A DNA stretch of 64,000 nucleotides from Desulfuromonadales bacterium (GTDB taxonomy: Bacteria; Desulfobacterota; Desulfuromonadia; Desulfuromonadales; JACZKF01): contig JARFUG010000005.1 of NCBI GenBank assembly GCA_029289095.1, positions 11,914 through 75,913 on the forward strand, given 5' to 3'. The notes below the pieces were generated by a model that was not told the origin of the DNA, did not search any database, and worked only from the letters and a program-made list of their open reading frames with translations. Each line of letters starts with the position of its first letter. The stretch's first letter is position 1. Shown one piece after another: positions 54,110-63,087 of this stretch. The position numbers and the translations under genes are program-made.

Positions 54110-55440
54110 GCGCCAAATTCGATGTGCAGATCTACTCATTGAAGCCGAAGGCTATCTGGAATGCTTTCGCGACGGACAATTTCGCCTTCTGGATGTCGTG
54201 CGCCTATCTGTTTTTCGAGTACGTCAGGCCCCAGGCGATCTGGTCGGTGTTCGAGATCTACCCCTACTGGGCAAGAACCTTCATCATCCTTGCCTTCCTG
54301 GGGTGGACCCTCGACCAGAAACGCCAGTTCATCTGGACCCGGATCACGACGATGGTTTTCACCCTGCTCGTCCTGATCATCCTTTCCTCGCTCTCCGCCT
54401 ACTGGCCTGCCATCTCCTGGTCACACTTCATGGATTATTTCAACTGGGTCGTCGTCTTTTTCGTTCTTACCCAGACCGTCACGACCCGCAAGAGGCTGCT
54501 CATTCTCCTTCTCGTCTTTTTGCTTGCGAGTTTCAAGCTCTCCCTGTACGGGGCACGGCGATGGGCGACGCTCGGTTTCACCTATGCGGACTGGGGGGTC
54601 GCCGGTCCGAGAGGTTTTTTCAACAATCCTGGCGAACTGGCGATCCAGATGCTCATGTTCGCGCCGATCGCCGTTTTCTTCCTCATGGGGATCAGGAAGT
54701 CTTTGAAACACTGGCAGACGGGGCTCCTGTTCCTCATGCCGGTTACGGCTGCCCTGACGGTCCTCGCGACAAATACCCGCGGCGGGCAGGTGGCTCTGGC
54801 CGCCCAGCTTACGGCCCTGCTCCTCATGACCAAGCATCGTGTCAAAGCCCTCGTCGTCATAGGAGTCGTTCTCGCTGTCGGGTTCAGCTTCCTCCCGGAA
54901 GAGCAGAAAACCCGTTTCAGTTCCGCCGGGCAGGATGCCACATCGGTTCAGAGGATCCTGTATTGGCAGAACGGGTGGCAGATGATCAAGGATCACCCCT
55001 TCCTTGGCGTCGGTTACTTCAATTTTGCCCAGTACTACAACGTCAAGCACGCTGAAGATCTTGTGAGAGGCGTAGGAAAACCGGCGGAATTGCCGCACAA
55101 CATATTCATCCAGGTCGGGACCGATACGGGATTCACCGGTCTGCTCCTCTTCATCGCCATCCTTTCGACGGCATTTGTGAGCATGCATCGGCTGCGAAAA
55201 GAAGCCGAAGCTGCCAATGACCCGTTCATGGCGAACATCTCGAAGGGGATGAATCTTTCGCTGGTCGGCTTTGTGATCGCCGGGCAGTTCGTTACGGTCG
55301 CTTACTACCCGTTTCTATGGATTCACCTGGTTTTCGTCACCGCCCTGATGACGGTGTGGAGAAATGAAAGGTATCTCAGCACCGTTGAGGAACCGCAGGC
55401 ATGGCGGTCGCGTCCCGGGTATGCACGACAAAACGTCTGA
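54106..55440 (+). CDS. O-antigen ligase/polymerase-like membrane protein (second Wzy-type)
   Basis: ATGA overlap at 54106. About 10-12 TM segments. TNTRGGQVALAAQL loop and HNIFIQVGTDTGFTGLLLF Wzy_C-like region. Confidence 0.8.
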   Translation: MSAKFDVQIYSLKPKAIWNAFATDNFAFWMSCAYLFFEYVRPQAIWSVFEIYPYWARTFIILAFLGWTLDQKRQFIWTRITTMVFTLLVLIILSSLSAYWPAISWSHFMDYFNWVVVFFVLTQTVTTRKRLLILLLVFLLASFKLSLYGARRWATLGFTYADWGVAGPRGFFNNPGELAIQMLMFAPIAVFFLMGIRKSLKHWQTGLLFLMPVTAALTVLATNTRGGQVALAAQLTALLLMTKHRVKALVVIGVVLAVGFSFLPEEQKTRFSSAGQDATSVQRILYWQNGWQMIKDHPFLGVGYFNFAQYYNVKHAEDLVRGVGKPAELPHNIFIQVGTDTGFTGLLLFIAILSTAFVSMHRLRKEAEAANDPFMANISKGMNLSLVGFVIAGQFVTVAYYPFLWIHLVFVTALMTVWRNERYLSTVEEPQAWRSRPGYARQNV

Positions 55441-55477
55441 TGGCGAACAAAAGCCCATCCGCCGGAGAGAACCGTCC

Positions 55478-56659
55478 ATGAAACAGGAAAAGCCGGGGAA
55501 CGTGCTGATGGTGGCCAACTACCCCTCCGATACCGGGTATGCCTGGTGGCTCATGGAGCATTTCTGGAAGATCCTCGCAGAGCGCGCTGACGGCGCCGGA
55601 TGTGCGGCCTATCTGGCCTATCCCCGGATTTCGACCCTGTCCGATTGCATTGAAAAGGCTCCCATCACACCCGTCGAGCTGTCGATCCCCTGGAATTCGA
55701 TGCAGCAGGCCGCCTCGGTCGCACGGTTTCTGAAAGAGAAGAAGATCAAGTATGTTTACCTGACCGATCAGAAATATTTTCACCTCCAATACCCGGTTAT
55801 GCGCTCTTGCGGCGTCGAGCACATCGTCGTCCACGATCACTCCCCCGGCGACCGGCCGCGGGTTATCGGGGTGAAAGGATTCGTCAAGGCATTGAGGAAC
55901 AGCCTCCCTTTTTTCAGCGCCGATCACGTCTTCTGCGTGTCCGATTTCATTCGGCGGCGCAACATGGAAAACGCCCGTATCCCTGCGCGAAAATGCGTCG
56001 TCGTCCAGAACGGGATCACTTCTGTGACGAGCGACCCCGGGCTAAGGCGTCGGCTGCGCGGCGAGATGGGGTTCGATGAGACGACCCTTCTGGTGATCGC
56101 CACGGGCAGAGCGCATCCCTACAAACGTTTCGACTTCATTATCGACTGTGCGGGGCTCGTCACATCCAGGGCGCCGGAGCTCGATATCCGTTTCCTGATT
56201 GCGGGCGACGGGCCTGCTATGCCCGATCTTAGAGAGCGGGTCGGGCGCCTCGGGCTTGGCGAAACGGTTCAGCTTCTCGGCTTCAGGAGCGATGTGCGGG
56301 AACTGCTGGGCGTCTGCGATGTTGCGATGCATGCCGCTCTAGGCGAGGCCTTCTCGCTCTCCATCATCGAATACATGAGCGCCGGGCTTCCGGTTCTGGT
56401 TCCCGATATCCCCTCGGTAAAGCAGGCGGTCAGAGATGGAGAAACGGGATTCGTCTATGCAGCCGACGATCGGGAAGGCGCGGCGGCGCGTCTCATCGAG
56501 TTGGCCCGGGGGCGCGAAAAGAGGCTTGCGATGGGAAGGGCGGCCAGGAGGGATGCCGACACCTGTTACAACATCGAAAGGTGCACCAGTGACTTTCACC
56601 GGGCCCTTGATCTGAGCGGATTTCCGCGTCAGCCGAGAAGGGCGGAGAAGAGCGAATGA
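55478..56659 (+). CDS. family 4 (GT-B) glycosyltransferase
   Basis: ATG 55478 with a GGAGAGA RBS. VAMHAALGEAFSLSIIEYMSAGLPVLVPDIPS (E-x7-E). Confidence 0.85.
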   Translation: MKQEKPGNVLMVANYPSDTGYAWWLMEHFWKILAERADGAGCAAYLAYPRISTLSDCIEKAPITPVELSIPWNSMQQAASVARFLKEKKIKYVYLTDQKYFHLQYPVMRSCGVEHIVVHDHSPGDRPRVIGVKGFVKALRNSLPFFSADHVFCVSDFIRRRNMENARIPARKCVVVQNGITSVTSDPGLRRRLRGEMGFDETTLLVIATGRAHPYKRFDFIIDCAGLVTSRAPELDIRFLIAGDGPAMPDLRERVGRLGLGETVQLLGFRSDVRELLGVCDVAMHAALGEAFSLSIIEYMSAGLPVLVPDIPSVKQAVRDGETGFVYAADDREGAAARLIELARGREKRLAMGRAARRDADTCYNIERCTSDFHRALDLSGFPRQPRRAEKSE

Positions 56660-57663
56660 CTCCCAAATCCTGGGTGAAGACTCTCGCCGCCGAAATCGTG
56701 AGCTTCGGCGGAGGATTCGAACTGCTTGCCCGGTACGCCCTGCGCAATCGCTCCTTCATTCTGATGTATCACAGGGTCCTTTCATCGCGGGTTGCAGGCG
56801 ATGCGTTCGTCCAGCCAGGGATGTACGTGTCGACGGAAGCCTTTCGGAGTCAGGCTGCGTTTCTCAAGCGGAAGTTCACCGTCCTGCCTCTCCATGAGCT
56901 GCTCGGGAGGGTTGCCCGAGGCAGGGCCGTGGGACGCTGCTGTGCCCTGACCTTCGACGACGGCTGGCACGACAATTTTCTGAACGCTTTTCCCGTTCTG
57001 GAGGAAAAAAATCTTCCGGCGACAATTTTCCTGCCGACCGCTCTTGTAGGCACCGACCGACGTTTCTGGCCGGAGGATGTCACCGCCTGCCTGATGCGGC
57101 CGGAAGTGAGAACCGCCGCCGGAGCGCATCCCCTTCTTGCGCGGTTCCTGAGCACCATCCCGCACAGGGCCGGATCGGATGCGTATTACGAGGCCGCCAT
57201 TCTCGCGCTGAAGAGCCGTCCCCCCGAGGAGCGCGACACGATTGTCGAAGCGCTCCGCCGACTGAGTCCGGCCCCTCCTGCCGGGCGGGTGCTCATGAAC
57301 TGGGAGGAGGCCGCAGTGATGCGAGCGAGCGGGTTGATACGTTTCGAGTCCCATACGTCCAGCCATGTCATCCTCGACCAGGTCCCGCTGCGACAGGCCG
57401 AGGACGAGATCGTGCGCTCGCGGCATGAACTGGAGCAGAATCTTGGTGTCGCGCCTGAATTCTTCGCTTATCCCAACGGCAACTTTAACGGAGAGCTGCA
57501 ATCGATTCTCAGGCGCCACGGGTTCAAAGGGGCGGTCACCACGCGCAAGGGGCTGGTCGAACCGGGAGCCTCGCTTTTCGAAATCCCGCGGATCGGTGTG
57601 CACGAGGATGTCAGCCGCCGTCTGTCGCTGTTTCAGGGAAGAATCCTTCTGAAGAGGTTCTGA
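56656..57663 (+). CDS. polysaccharide deacetylase (CE4/NodB-like)
   Basis: ATGA overlap. FILMYHRV, CALTFDDGWHDNFLNAFPVLEEKNLPATIFL, FESHTSSH and FAYPNG motifs. Confidence 0.85.
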   Translation: MTPKSWVKTLAAEIVSFGGGFELLARYALRNRSFILMYHRVLSSRVAGDAFVQPGMYVSTEAFRSQAAFLKRKFTVLPLHELLGRVARGRAVGRCCALTFDDGWHDNFLNAFPVLEEKNLPATIFLPTALVGTDRRFWPEDVTACLMRPEVRTAAGAHPLLARFLSTIPHRAGSDAYYEAAILALKSRPPEERDTIVEALRRLSPAPPAGRVLMNWEEAAVMRASGLIRFESHTSSHVILDQVPLRQAEDEIVRSRHELEQNLGVAPEFFAYPNGNFNGELQSILRRHGFKGAVTTRKGLVEPGASLFEIPRIGVHEDVSRRLSLFQGRILLKRF

Positions 57664-57669
57664 ATTGCG

Positions 57670-58872
57670 ATGAACGTCCTCGTCACCGATGGTGAAAACC
57701 GCTCTGCCCTTGCCGTCACCCGCTCGCTGGGAAAGAGAGGGTGCCGCGTCGTCGTTACCGGGCGAGATGTGCGTACCCTTGCATCCTCCTCCCGGCACTG
57801 CAGTCTGGGCCTCGGTGCTCCCGATCCGATGCGCCACGGCAGCGAATATGTTTCAGCCATCGGGGATGCTGTCGTTCGGGAATCGATCGACATCGTCTTT
57901 CCGCTGACGGAGCAGTCGATCAGCCTGCTCAACGAGGCCCGGGAGCGCTTTCCGCGCGGGACGCTTCTTGCCTGTCCCTCGGCCGAGAAGATGCGCGCGA
58001 TCTCGGACAAATCGGCGCTCTTCCGTCTTGCCGGCGCCCTGGGGGTCGCGATTCCCGAAACGCTCCATCTCGATGGCCCTGACGATCTCGCCTCTGTGCT
58101 CGGACAAATCGACCGGTACCCGGTGGTGGTCAAGCCGTCCCTGTCCAAGATCCCCATTTCCGACGGGTTCATCTGCGCCGGAGTCGGTTACGCCGGCTCC
58201 CGCGAAGAACTCGAGCGCCTGTACGAAACGAGCCCGGCTCTGCGTTATCCGTCGATGATCCAGGAGAGGATCGTCGGCGAGGGGACGGGGCTCTTTACTC
58301 TGTACGGGGGGAACGCTCACCTTGCACTCTTTTCGCACAGGCGCCTGCGCGAAAAGCCCCCTTCTGGCGGGGTGAGCGTCGTCTCCGAGAGTGTTCCCCT
58401 CGACAGGGAGATGGTGGAGGCGTCGGACCGGCTCCTGTCGGCGGTGGAGTGGGACGGAGTGGCGATGGTCGAGTTCAAAAGAGATCGGCGCGACGGAAAG
58501 GCGAAACTGATGGAGATCAACGGACGTTTCTGGGGATCGCTGCAGTTGGCCATCGCCTGCGGCGTCGATTTCCCCTCCCTGCTTCTCGATCACATCACGG
58601 GGAAAGCGCCGTCGGCCGTGGTCGGGTCCTATCGTGTGGGGCATCGGTTGAAGTGGCTTCTGGGGAGCCTCGACCACCTGTTGATCCGCCTGGCGAACAG
58701 CGACCTCGCCCTGAACCTGCCTCCCGGCTCACCCCCCCGGTGGCGCGCCGTCCTGGAGTTTCTCAAGATCCGGGAAAAGAACATGTCGTTCGATGTCTTC
58801 GACAGCAAGGACCCGGGGCCGTTCTGGTTCGAGGGGCGCTCCTACCTGAAACAGGCGTGGAGAACGAAATGA
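57670..58872 (+). CDS. ATP-grasp domain carboxylate-amine ligase-like protein
   Basis: MNVLVTDGENRSALAVTRSLGKRG pre-ATP-grasp. YPVVVKPS. WDGVAMVEFKRDRRDGKAKLMEINGRFWGSLQLAI. Confidence 0.85.
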   Translation: MNVLVTDGENRSALAVTRSLGKRGCRVVVTGRDVRTLASSSRHCSLGLGAPDPMRHGSEYVSAIGDAVVRESIDIVFPLTEQSISLLNEARERFPRGTLLACPSAEKMRAISDKSALFRLAGALGVAIPETLHLDGPDDLASVLGQIDRYPVVVKPSLSKIPISDGFICAGVGYAGSREELERLYETSPALRYPSMIQERIVGEGTGLFTLYGGNAHLALFSHRRLREKPPSGGVSVVSESVPLDREMVEASDRLLSAVEWDGVAMVEFKRDRRDGKAKLMEINGRFWGSLQLAIACGVDFPSLLLDHITGKAPSAVVGSYRVGHRLKWLLGSLDHLLIRLANSDLALNLPPGSPPRWRAVLEFLKIREKNMSFDVFDSKDPGPFWFEGRSYLKQAWRTK

Positions 58873-59969
58873 CCAGGATCCTTCACACCATCGACACCAC
58901 CGGGCCGGGGGGGGCCGAAACGGTCTTCGTGAACCTGGTGAAAAAGCTCGATCCAGCGCTTTTCCAGTCCTTTGCCGCCATCGCCGGAACCGGATGGGTC
59001 TGCGATCAGCTTCGCAGCAGTGGTGTCGAGCCGATCTTCGTGCGGTCCAAAGGAGGGTTCAACACCAGGTACCTGATGGAGATCGTGAGGATCATCATGG
59101 ATTACGAAATCGATATCGTGCAGTCTCATCTGCTCGGTGCAAACGTCTACTCCTGCCTGGCCGGAATGCTGTGCAGGGTTCCGGTCGTCTCGACCTTCCA
59201 CGGCTTTGTCGACAGCAGCCGCCGCGACCGCCTGATGCCTGTGAAGCGAGCCATCGTCAATCTCGGATCGAGAAGGGTCGTCTTCGTTTCCGAGCGCCTG
59301 CGCCAGCATTTCATCGCCGAGTACGGCTTTTCGGCAGGCAAATCGAGCGTCATCCACAACGGCATCGATGCCGGCAGATTCCGCTTCGAGAAGGACGATT
59401 CGCTGCGACGAGAGCTCGGTCTGAGCGCCGACCATATCCTCATCGGGGCGCTCGGCAACATCAGGCCCGCCAAAGGATACGATCTCTTCCTGAGAGCGGC
59501 GAGGATCGTCCATGATGCGCATCCGCAGACCCGGTTCGTTGTCTCGGGGCAGGGGGCAGGAGCGCTGTACGATTCCCTGCTCAAGCTCAGAGGCGAGCTC
59601 GATCTGGAAGGGATCTTCCACTTCATAGGGTTCCGGGACGATGCCGCCCGGATCCTCAACAACCTCGATCTCTTCGTCCTGCCGTCGACCACGGAGGGGT
59701 TTTCGATATCGACGATCGAAGCTATGTTCTGCCGGGTTCCCGTGGTGGTAACACGCAGCGGGGGGCCGGAAGAAATCGTCGCCTCCGGCTTCAACGGCCT
59801 TTGCGTCGATTGCACGCATGAAGACATTGCGCAGGGAATCATCCAATTGCTCGATTCGCGGGATCTCGGCCGCACCTTTCTGTCGAACGCCTATGAAGCT
59901 GCGATCTCGACATTCAGCCTGTCCAAAATGACCGAAGCCTACGCGCAGATCTATGCAGCACGAAAGTGA
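58869..59969 (+). CDS. family 4 (GT-B) glycosyltransferase
   Basis: ATGA overlap. MTRILHTIDTTGPGGAE N-terminus. FVLPSTTEGFSISTIEAMFCRVPVVVTRSGG (E-x7-E). Confidence 0.85.
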   Translation: MTRILHTIDTTGPGGAETVFVNLVKKLDPALFQSFAAIAGTGWVCDQLRSSGVEPIFVRSKGGFNTRYLMEIVRIIMDYEIDIVQSHLLGANVYSCLAGMLCRVPVVSTFHGFVDSSRRDRLMPVKRAIVNLGSRRVVFVSERLRQHFIAEYGFSAGKSSVIHNGIDAGRFRFEKDDSLRRELGLSADHILIGALGNIRPAKGYDLFLRAARIVHDAHPQTRFVVSGQGAGALYDSLLKLRGELDLEGIFHFIGFRDDAARILNNLDLFVLPSTTEGFSISTIEAMFCRVPVVVTRSGGPEEIVASGFNGLCVDCTHEDIAQGIIQLLDSRDLGRTFLSNAYEAAISTFSLSKMTEAYAQIYAARK

Positions 59970-60898
59970 GACCAATGGCTCTGGATATCTCGGTAATCAT
60001 CCCCTGTCTGAACGAGAGAAAGACGATTGCCGAGGTCGTAACCTCGGTTACGCGTGAGCTCACGGCATCCCGCTTCTCCTTCGAGGTGCTCGTCATGGAC
60101 AACGGTTCGTCCGACGGAAGCGATGCCGTCGCGGAAGAGCTCGGGGCGAAGGTGATCCGGAGTCCGGCCCGTACGGTGGCGGGAGTGCGCAACAGCGGCG
60201 CGGCCCTGGCGAAAGGACGCCTGTATGTCTTTATCGACGCCGATGTGGTCGTGACGTCCCAGTGGGGGCGGACGCTCAGGGAGATGTACGGCGCTCTGCT
60301 CGATGCAAACGACGCGATCACCGGGTCGCACTGTCTCGTTCCGCCCGATATGAGGCCGCTTCTCGGTGCATGGTACCGGGCAATTTCGGAGAATTTCAGA
60401 AACTCCTATCTCGGGACGGGGCACATGATCATGTCCGCCACCGTGTTCGAAACCGTCGGCGGCTTCGACGAGACTCTCGTGACCGGTGAAGACTACGACT
60501 TCTGCGTCCGGGCCAGGCAGCAGGGGATCCGCATCGTCAAGAATCCTCAACTGGCCGTCTACCACCTGGGGTATCCTGAGAGCCTGAAGGGCTTTGCGAA
60601 GCGGGAAATCTGGCACGGAAAAGGAGACTGTCAGAGCCTCAGACGTGTCCTGTCATCGAAGATCGCCCTGTGCGGAGTCGCATTTCTGCTCATCAATCTC
60701 AGCATGATTTTGCTGTTTTTCGTCGATACTGCGATCTTTCTGGCCCTGTTCGCCCTGGCCGTCCTCCTCTCGACCGCTTTCAATCTGCTGAAATTTCGAT
60801 TCGGCGGATGGCGGGACTTCCTCTCTCGAATCGTCGTCTCCTATCTCTATCTGCTGTGCCGGGGGCTCTCCCTGCCCTTCTATCTTCTCGGAAAATAG
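59966..60898 (+). CDS. family 2 glycosyltransferase with C-terminal TM helices
   Basis: ISVIIPCLNERKTI, VLVMDNGSSDGS and VFIDADVVV (DxD) motifs. GTG 59966 overlaps the upstream TGA; alternative ATG at 59975. Confidence 0.85.
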   Translation: MRPMALDISVIIPCLNERKTIAEVVTSVTRELTASRFSFEVLVMDNGSSDGSDAVAEELGAKVIRSPARTVAGVRNSGAALAKGRLYVFIDADVVVTSQWGRTLREMYGALLDANDAITGSHCLVPPDMRPLLGAWYRAISENFRNSYLGTGHMIMSATVFETVGGFDETLVTGEDYDFCVRARQQGIRIVKNPQLAVYHLGYPESLKGFAKREIWHGKGDCQSLRRVLSSKIALCGVAFLLINLSMILLFFVDTAIFLALFALAVLLSTAFNLLKFRFGGWRDFLSRIVVSYLYLLCRGLSLPFYLLGK

Positions 60899-60908
60899 TC
60901 GATCAGGC

Positions 60909-60961
60909 AAAAAAATCCGGCCGGGCGCCGCTGCGCGAAAAGCGCTGCAACACCCGGCCGG
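60909..60961 (-). terminator. candidate Rho-independent terminator for the convergent - strand gene
   Basis: On the - strand, CCCGGCCGG (60953-60961) pairs with CCGGCCGGG (60917-60925) across a 27-nt loop, followed by a U7 run (A7 at 60909-15 on +). The long loop lowers confidence. Confidence 0.4.
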
Positions 60962-60987
60962 GTGCGGTTCAGAGGTGCCGCTGAAGA

Positions 60988-62496
60988 TCAGTTGACAATC
61001 TTCAGCCCGCTGGGTGCCCTGGGTGCCGAAATGATCGGCTCGCTCGGAGCAGGTTCGCTCGGAGCCGTGCTGAAATTGACCTGATGGCCGTGAGTCCCCA
61101 AGTAGGAACTGAAAGCCGCCGTCAGATTGCCGGAAGCGTCGACGACATTTCCGGTGAGCGAACCAGTCACATTGTTTCTGTAACTGACGCAGGAACGGTT
61201 CAGTCCGTTCGTGGAGTGAATGAGCACGTTGTCGTAGAAGTTGAAGGGACCTTTCCCGCAGGGGTCGGAACGGAAGTCGTGGATCGCTCCGACCGCCGTA
61301 TTGCGGTAATAGTTCAGCCTTCCCTGGCTGCCGTGGGGATTCCAGCGGTGGACGGCGCCCCCGGAGCCGCTCTGCCTGAAGTAGTTGAAGGAGACATCGA
61401 CGTGATGAGTGTCGACGAAGCTGCTGTTCAGATACCAGGCAAGGGGGGTCCCCGAGCTCATAATGACGTGGTTGCCTCGGATGAAGAGATAGTCGGTGTA
61501 GTATTTCGGGGCGATGCCGTTGTTGATGCCGGTCGAGCCTCCGCCGAGGGTGGTGTGGATGTAGTTGTTCTCGATGAGGACCCGCTTGGTGTTGTAAAGG
61601 CTTCCGATGGCCGACCCCCCGCGCCAGTGGCTGAATTCGTTGTCCTGAATGACAAGGTAGAACCCCGCACCGGCGTTCTCAGTGAAGATGAAGCCCTGGT
61701 TGTGGTTGACCGAGGTGCTGGTGTCGAGGTCTCTGAAGGAGCAGCGGCGGATCGTCATGTAGTTCCGGTTGCTGCGCACGTACAGACCCCAGTCCCTGAA
61801 ATTGCGCAGGTGCAGACTGTCGAAGTAGATGCCCGCTCCGGCGCCGATGTGGCGACCCTGAGCATCCATGGTGACACGCTCTCCGGGGAAGCCGATCCAG
61901 GTGAAGGGACGCCCCTCGATTCGAACCTGGGTTGCGGAATGCGCGGGCAGGACATAGTTCCCACCCCTGAAGTAAACGATATTGGTCGTATTGCTTGCGG
62001 CAGAGCTGGAAAAGAAGCTTCCCACGGACCTGAACGGCTGGGTGATGCTCCCGGTCTCGGCGCCGGTGTGCTTGGAATCGACGAAAACAAATCCGTTCGT
62101 CGTCACGTTGATGGCCCACGAGGTGGTCGCCGTCCTGTTCTCGGCGTCGGTGACGGTAAGGGTGATCGTCCCTGAACTCGCCTGGGGATTGGGCCAACGG
62201 ATCTCACCGGTGGAGGCGTTGATGGTCATTCCCGGGGGAGCGTTGGTGAGTCTGAAGGTGAAGGGATAGAGTCCTCCGGTCACCGCCGCACGGATGTTGT
62301 ATTCGATTCCCGGATAGGCCCGGAAGATGCGGTTGCTGGCAGGGATAGCCGGATTCCCGGTCCCCGCGGGTCGGATGTTGATGATCTCCAGCGGATAGTT
62401 GGCGGAATACGCCGGCGTCGAAAAAAGCATGAGCACCAGCATGACCGGCACGATTCCGAGAATGTAAAAAGGTTTGAACAGATTCCTTGCGGACAT
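60988..62496 (-). CDS. secreted protein with an Ig/cadherin-like N-terminal domain and a right-handed beta-helix (pectate-lyase-fold) domain
   Basis: Start at ATG 62496 (GAGAGG RBS). Signal/anchor FYILGIVPVMLVLMLFSTPAYSA. YPFTFRLTNAPPGMTINASTGEIRWPNP (putative Ig domain). Beta-helix rungs (IENNYIH, IRGNHV, YRNTAV, YDNVLI). Confidence 0.7.
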   Translation of the reverse strand: MSARNLFKPFYILGIVPVMLVLMLFSTPAYSANYPLEIINIRPAGTGNPAIPASNRIFRAYPGIEYNIRAAVTGGLYPFTFRLTNAPPGMTINASTGEIRWPNPQASSGTITLTVTDAENRTATTSWAINVTTNGFVFVDSKHTGAETGSITQPFRSVGSFFSSSAASNTTNIVYFRGGNYVLPAHSATQVRIEGRPFTWIGFPGERVTMDAQGRHIGAGAGIYFDSLHLRNFRDWGLYVRSNRNYMTIRRCSFRDLDTSTSVNHNQGFIFTENAGAGFYLVIQDNEFSHWRGGSAIGSLYNTKRVLIENNYIHTTLGGGSTGINNGIAPKYYTDYLFIRGNHVIMSSGTPLAWYLNSSFVDTHHVDVSFNYFRQSGSGGAVHRWNPHGSQGRLNYYRNTAVGAIHDFRSDPCGKGPFNFYDNVLIHSTNGLNRSCVSYRNNVTGSLTGNVVDASGNLTAAFSSYLGTHGHQVNFSTAPSEPAPSEPIISAPRAPSGLKIVN

Positions 62497-62618
62497 GGTT
62501 TCCTCTCTATTTCGAACGGGAGCTCTCATTGTAGTGTTCCTGCAGGAGACTGCCGCGTTCAGCTTAATGATACAGAACTTTCGAGCAAATTGGTCAACGC
62601 TAATTTGATTTGATGGAC

Positions 62619-63026
62619 TTATTTGACCCGCTTGACCTTAGGCGGTTTCAACTGGCCGGGGGGGGTCGGCCGATCGTCTCCCGGGTTCGTATTGCCGGGC
62701 CCGGCAACGGTGCAAACTTCGCCCGAAAGGGGGCTGTCGAGCCCTGAAGTGTTGTAGGCCGAGACGGCGAAACACCAGGTCCTGTTTTCGTCAAGCCCCA
62801 TGATCTGGATCGAGGTGAGATTGCCCACCGTGACGGGAGAGGGCCCCTGGATGGCTCCGGCGCCGTTGAAGGAGGAGCTGTCCGCAGGCCTGTAGTGGAC
62901 CTTGTAGCCGGCGAGATCGCTTTCCGAGTTGGGATCCCATGCCAGGGAGATGTCTTTGGCGAGGGCGGGGGCGCTTGCCATAAGAAGGCAGGCGACAGTC
63001 ATTGCAAAAATTCTTGAGCGTTTCAT
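62619..63026 (-). CDS. small secreted fibronectin type III-like protein
   Basis: ATG 63026 (GGAAGGA RBS). Signal MKRSRIFAMTVACLLMASAPALA. KDISLAWDPNSESDLAGYKVHYR...WCFAVSAYNTSGLDS is the FN3 pattern. Paralogous to the N-terminal domain of 63088-63933. Confidence 0.65.
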   Translation of the reverse strand: MKRSRIFAMTVACLLMASAPALAKDISLAWDPNSESDLAGYKVHYRPADSSSFNGAGAIQGPSPVTVGNLTSIQIMGLDENRTWCFAVSAYNTSGLDSPLSGEVCTVAGPGNTNPGDDRPTPPGQLKPPKVKRVK

Positions 63027-63087
63027 ATTCTGATTCCTTCCATATTCATTTAGGTGCCGGCGTTCGAAGCGCAAGGAGCGATCGGCC

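Noticed and set aside
5510-58868. 5' extensions of several track ORFs: 5510-5854, 12911-13003, 16175-16384, 16840-17574, 41039-41233, 54046-54105, 55364-55477 and 58449-58868.
   Set aside because: The extensions overlap the preceding gene, or run through repeat arrays, and have a biased Arg/Gly/Pro composition. Internal starts with an RBS, start/stop overlap or family-typical N-termini were preferred.
62541-62556. A sigma-54-like element on the - strand (CGGCAGTCTCCTGCAG) upstream of the beta-helix gene 60988-62496.
   Set aside because: The GC of the -12 element is one nt too close to the GG of the -24 element.
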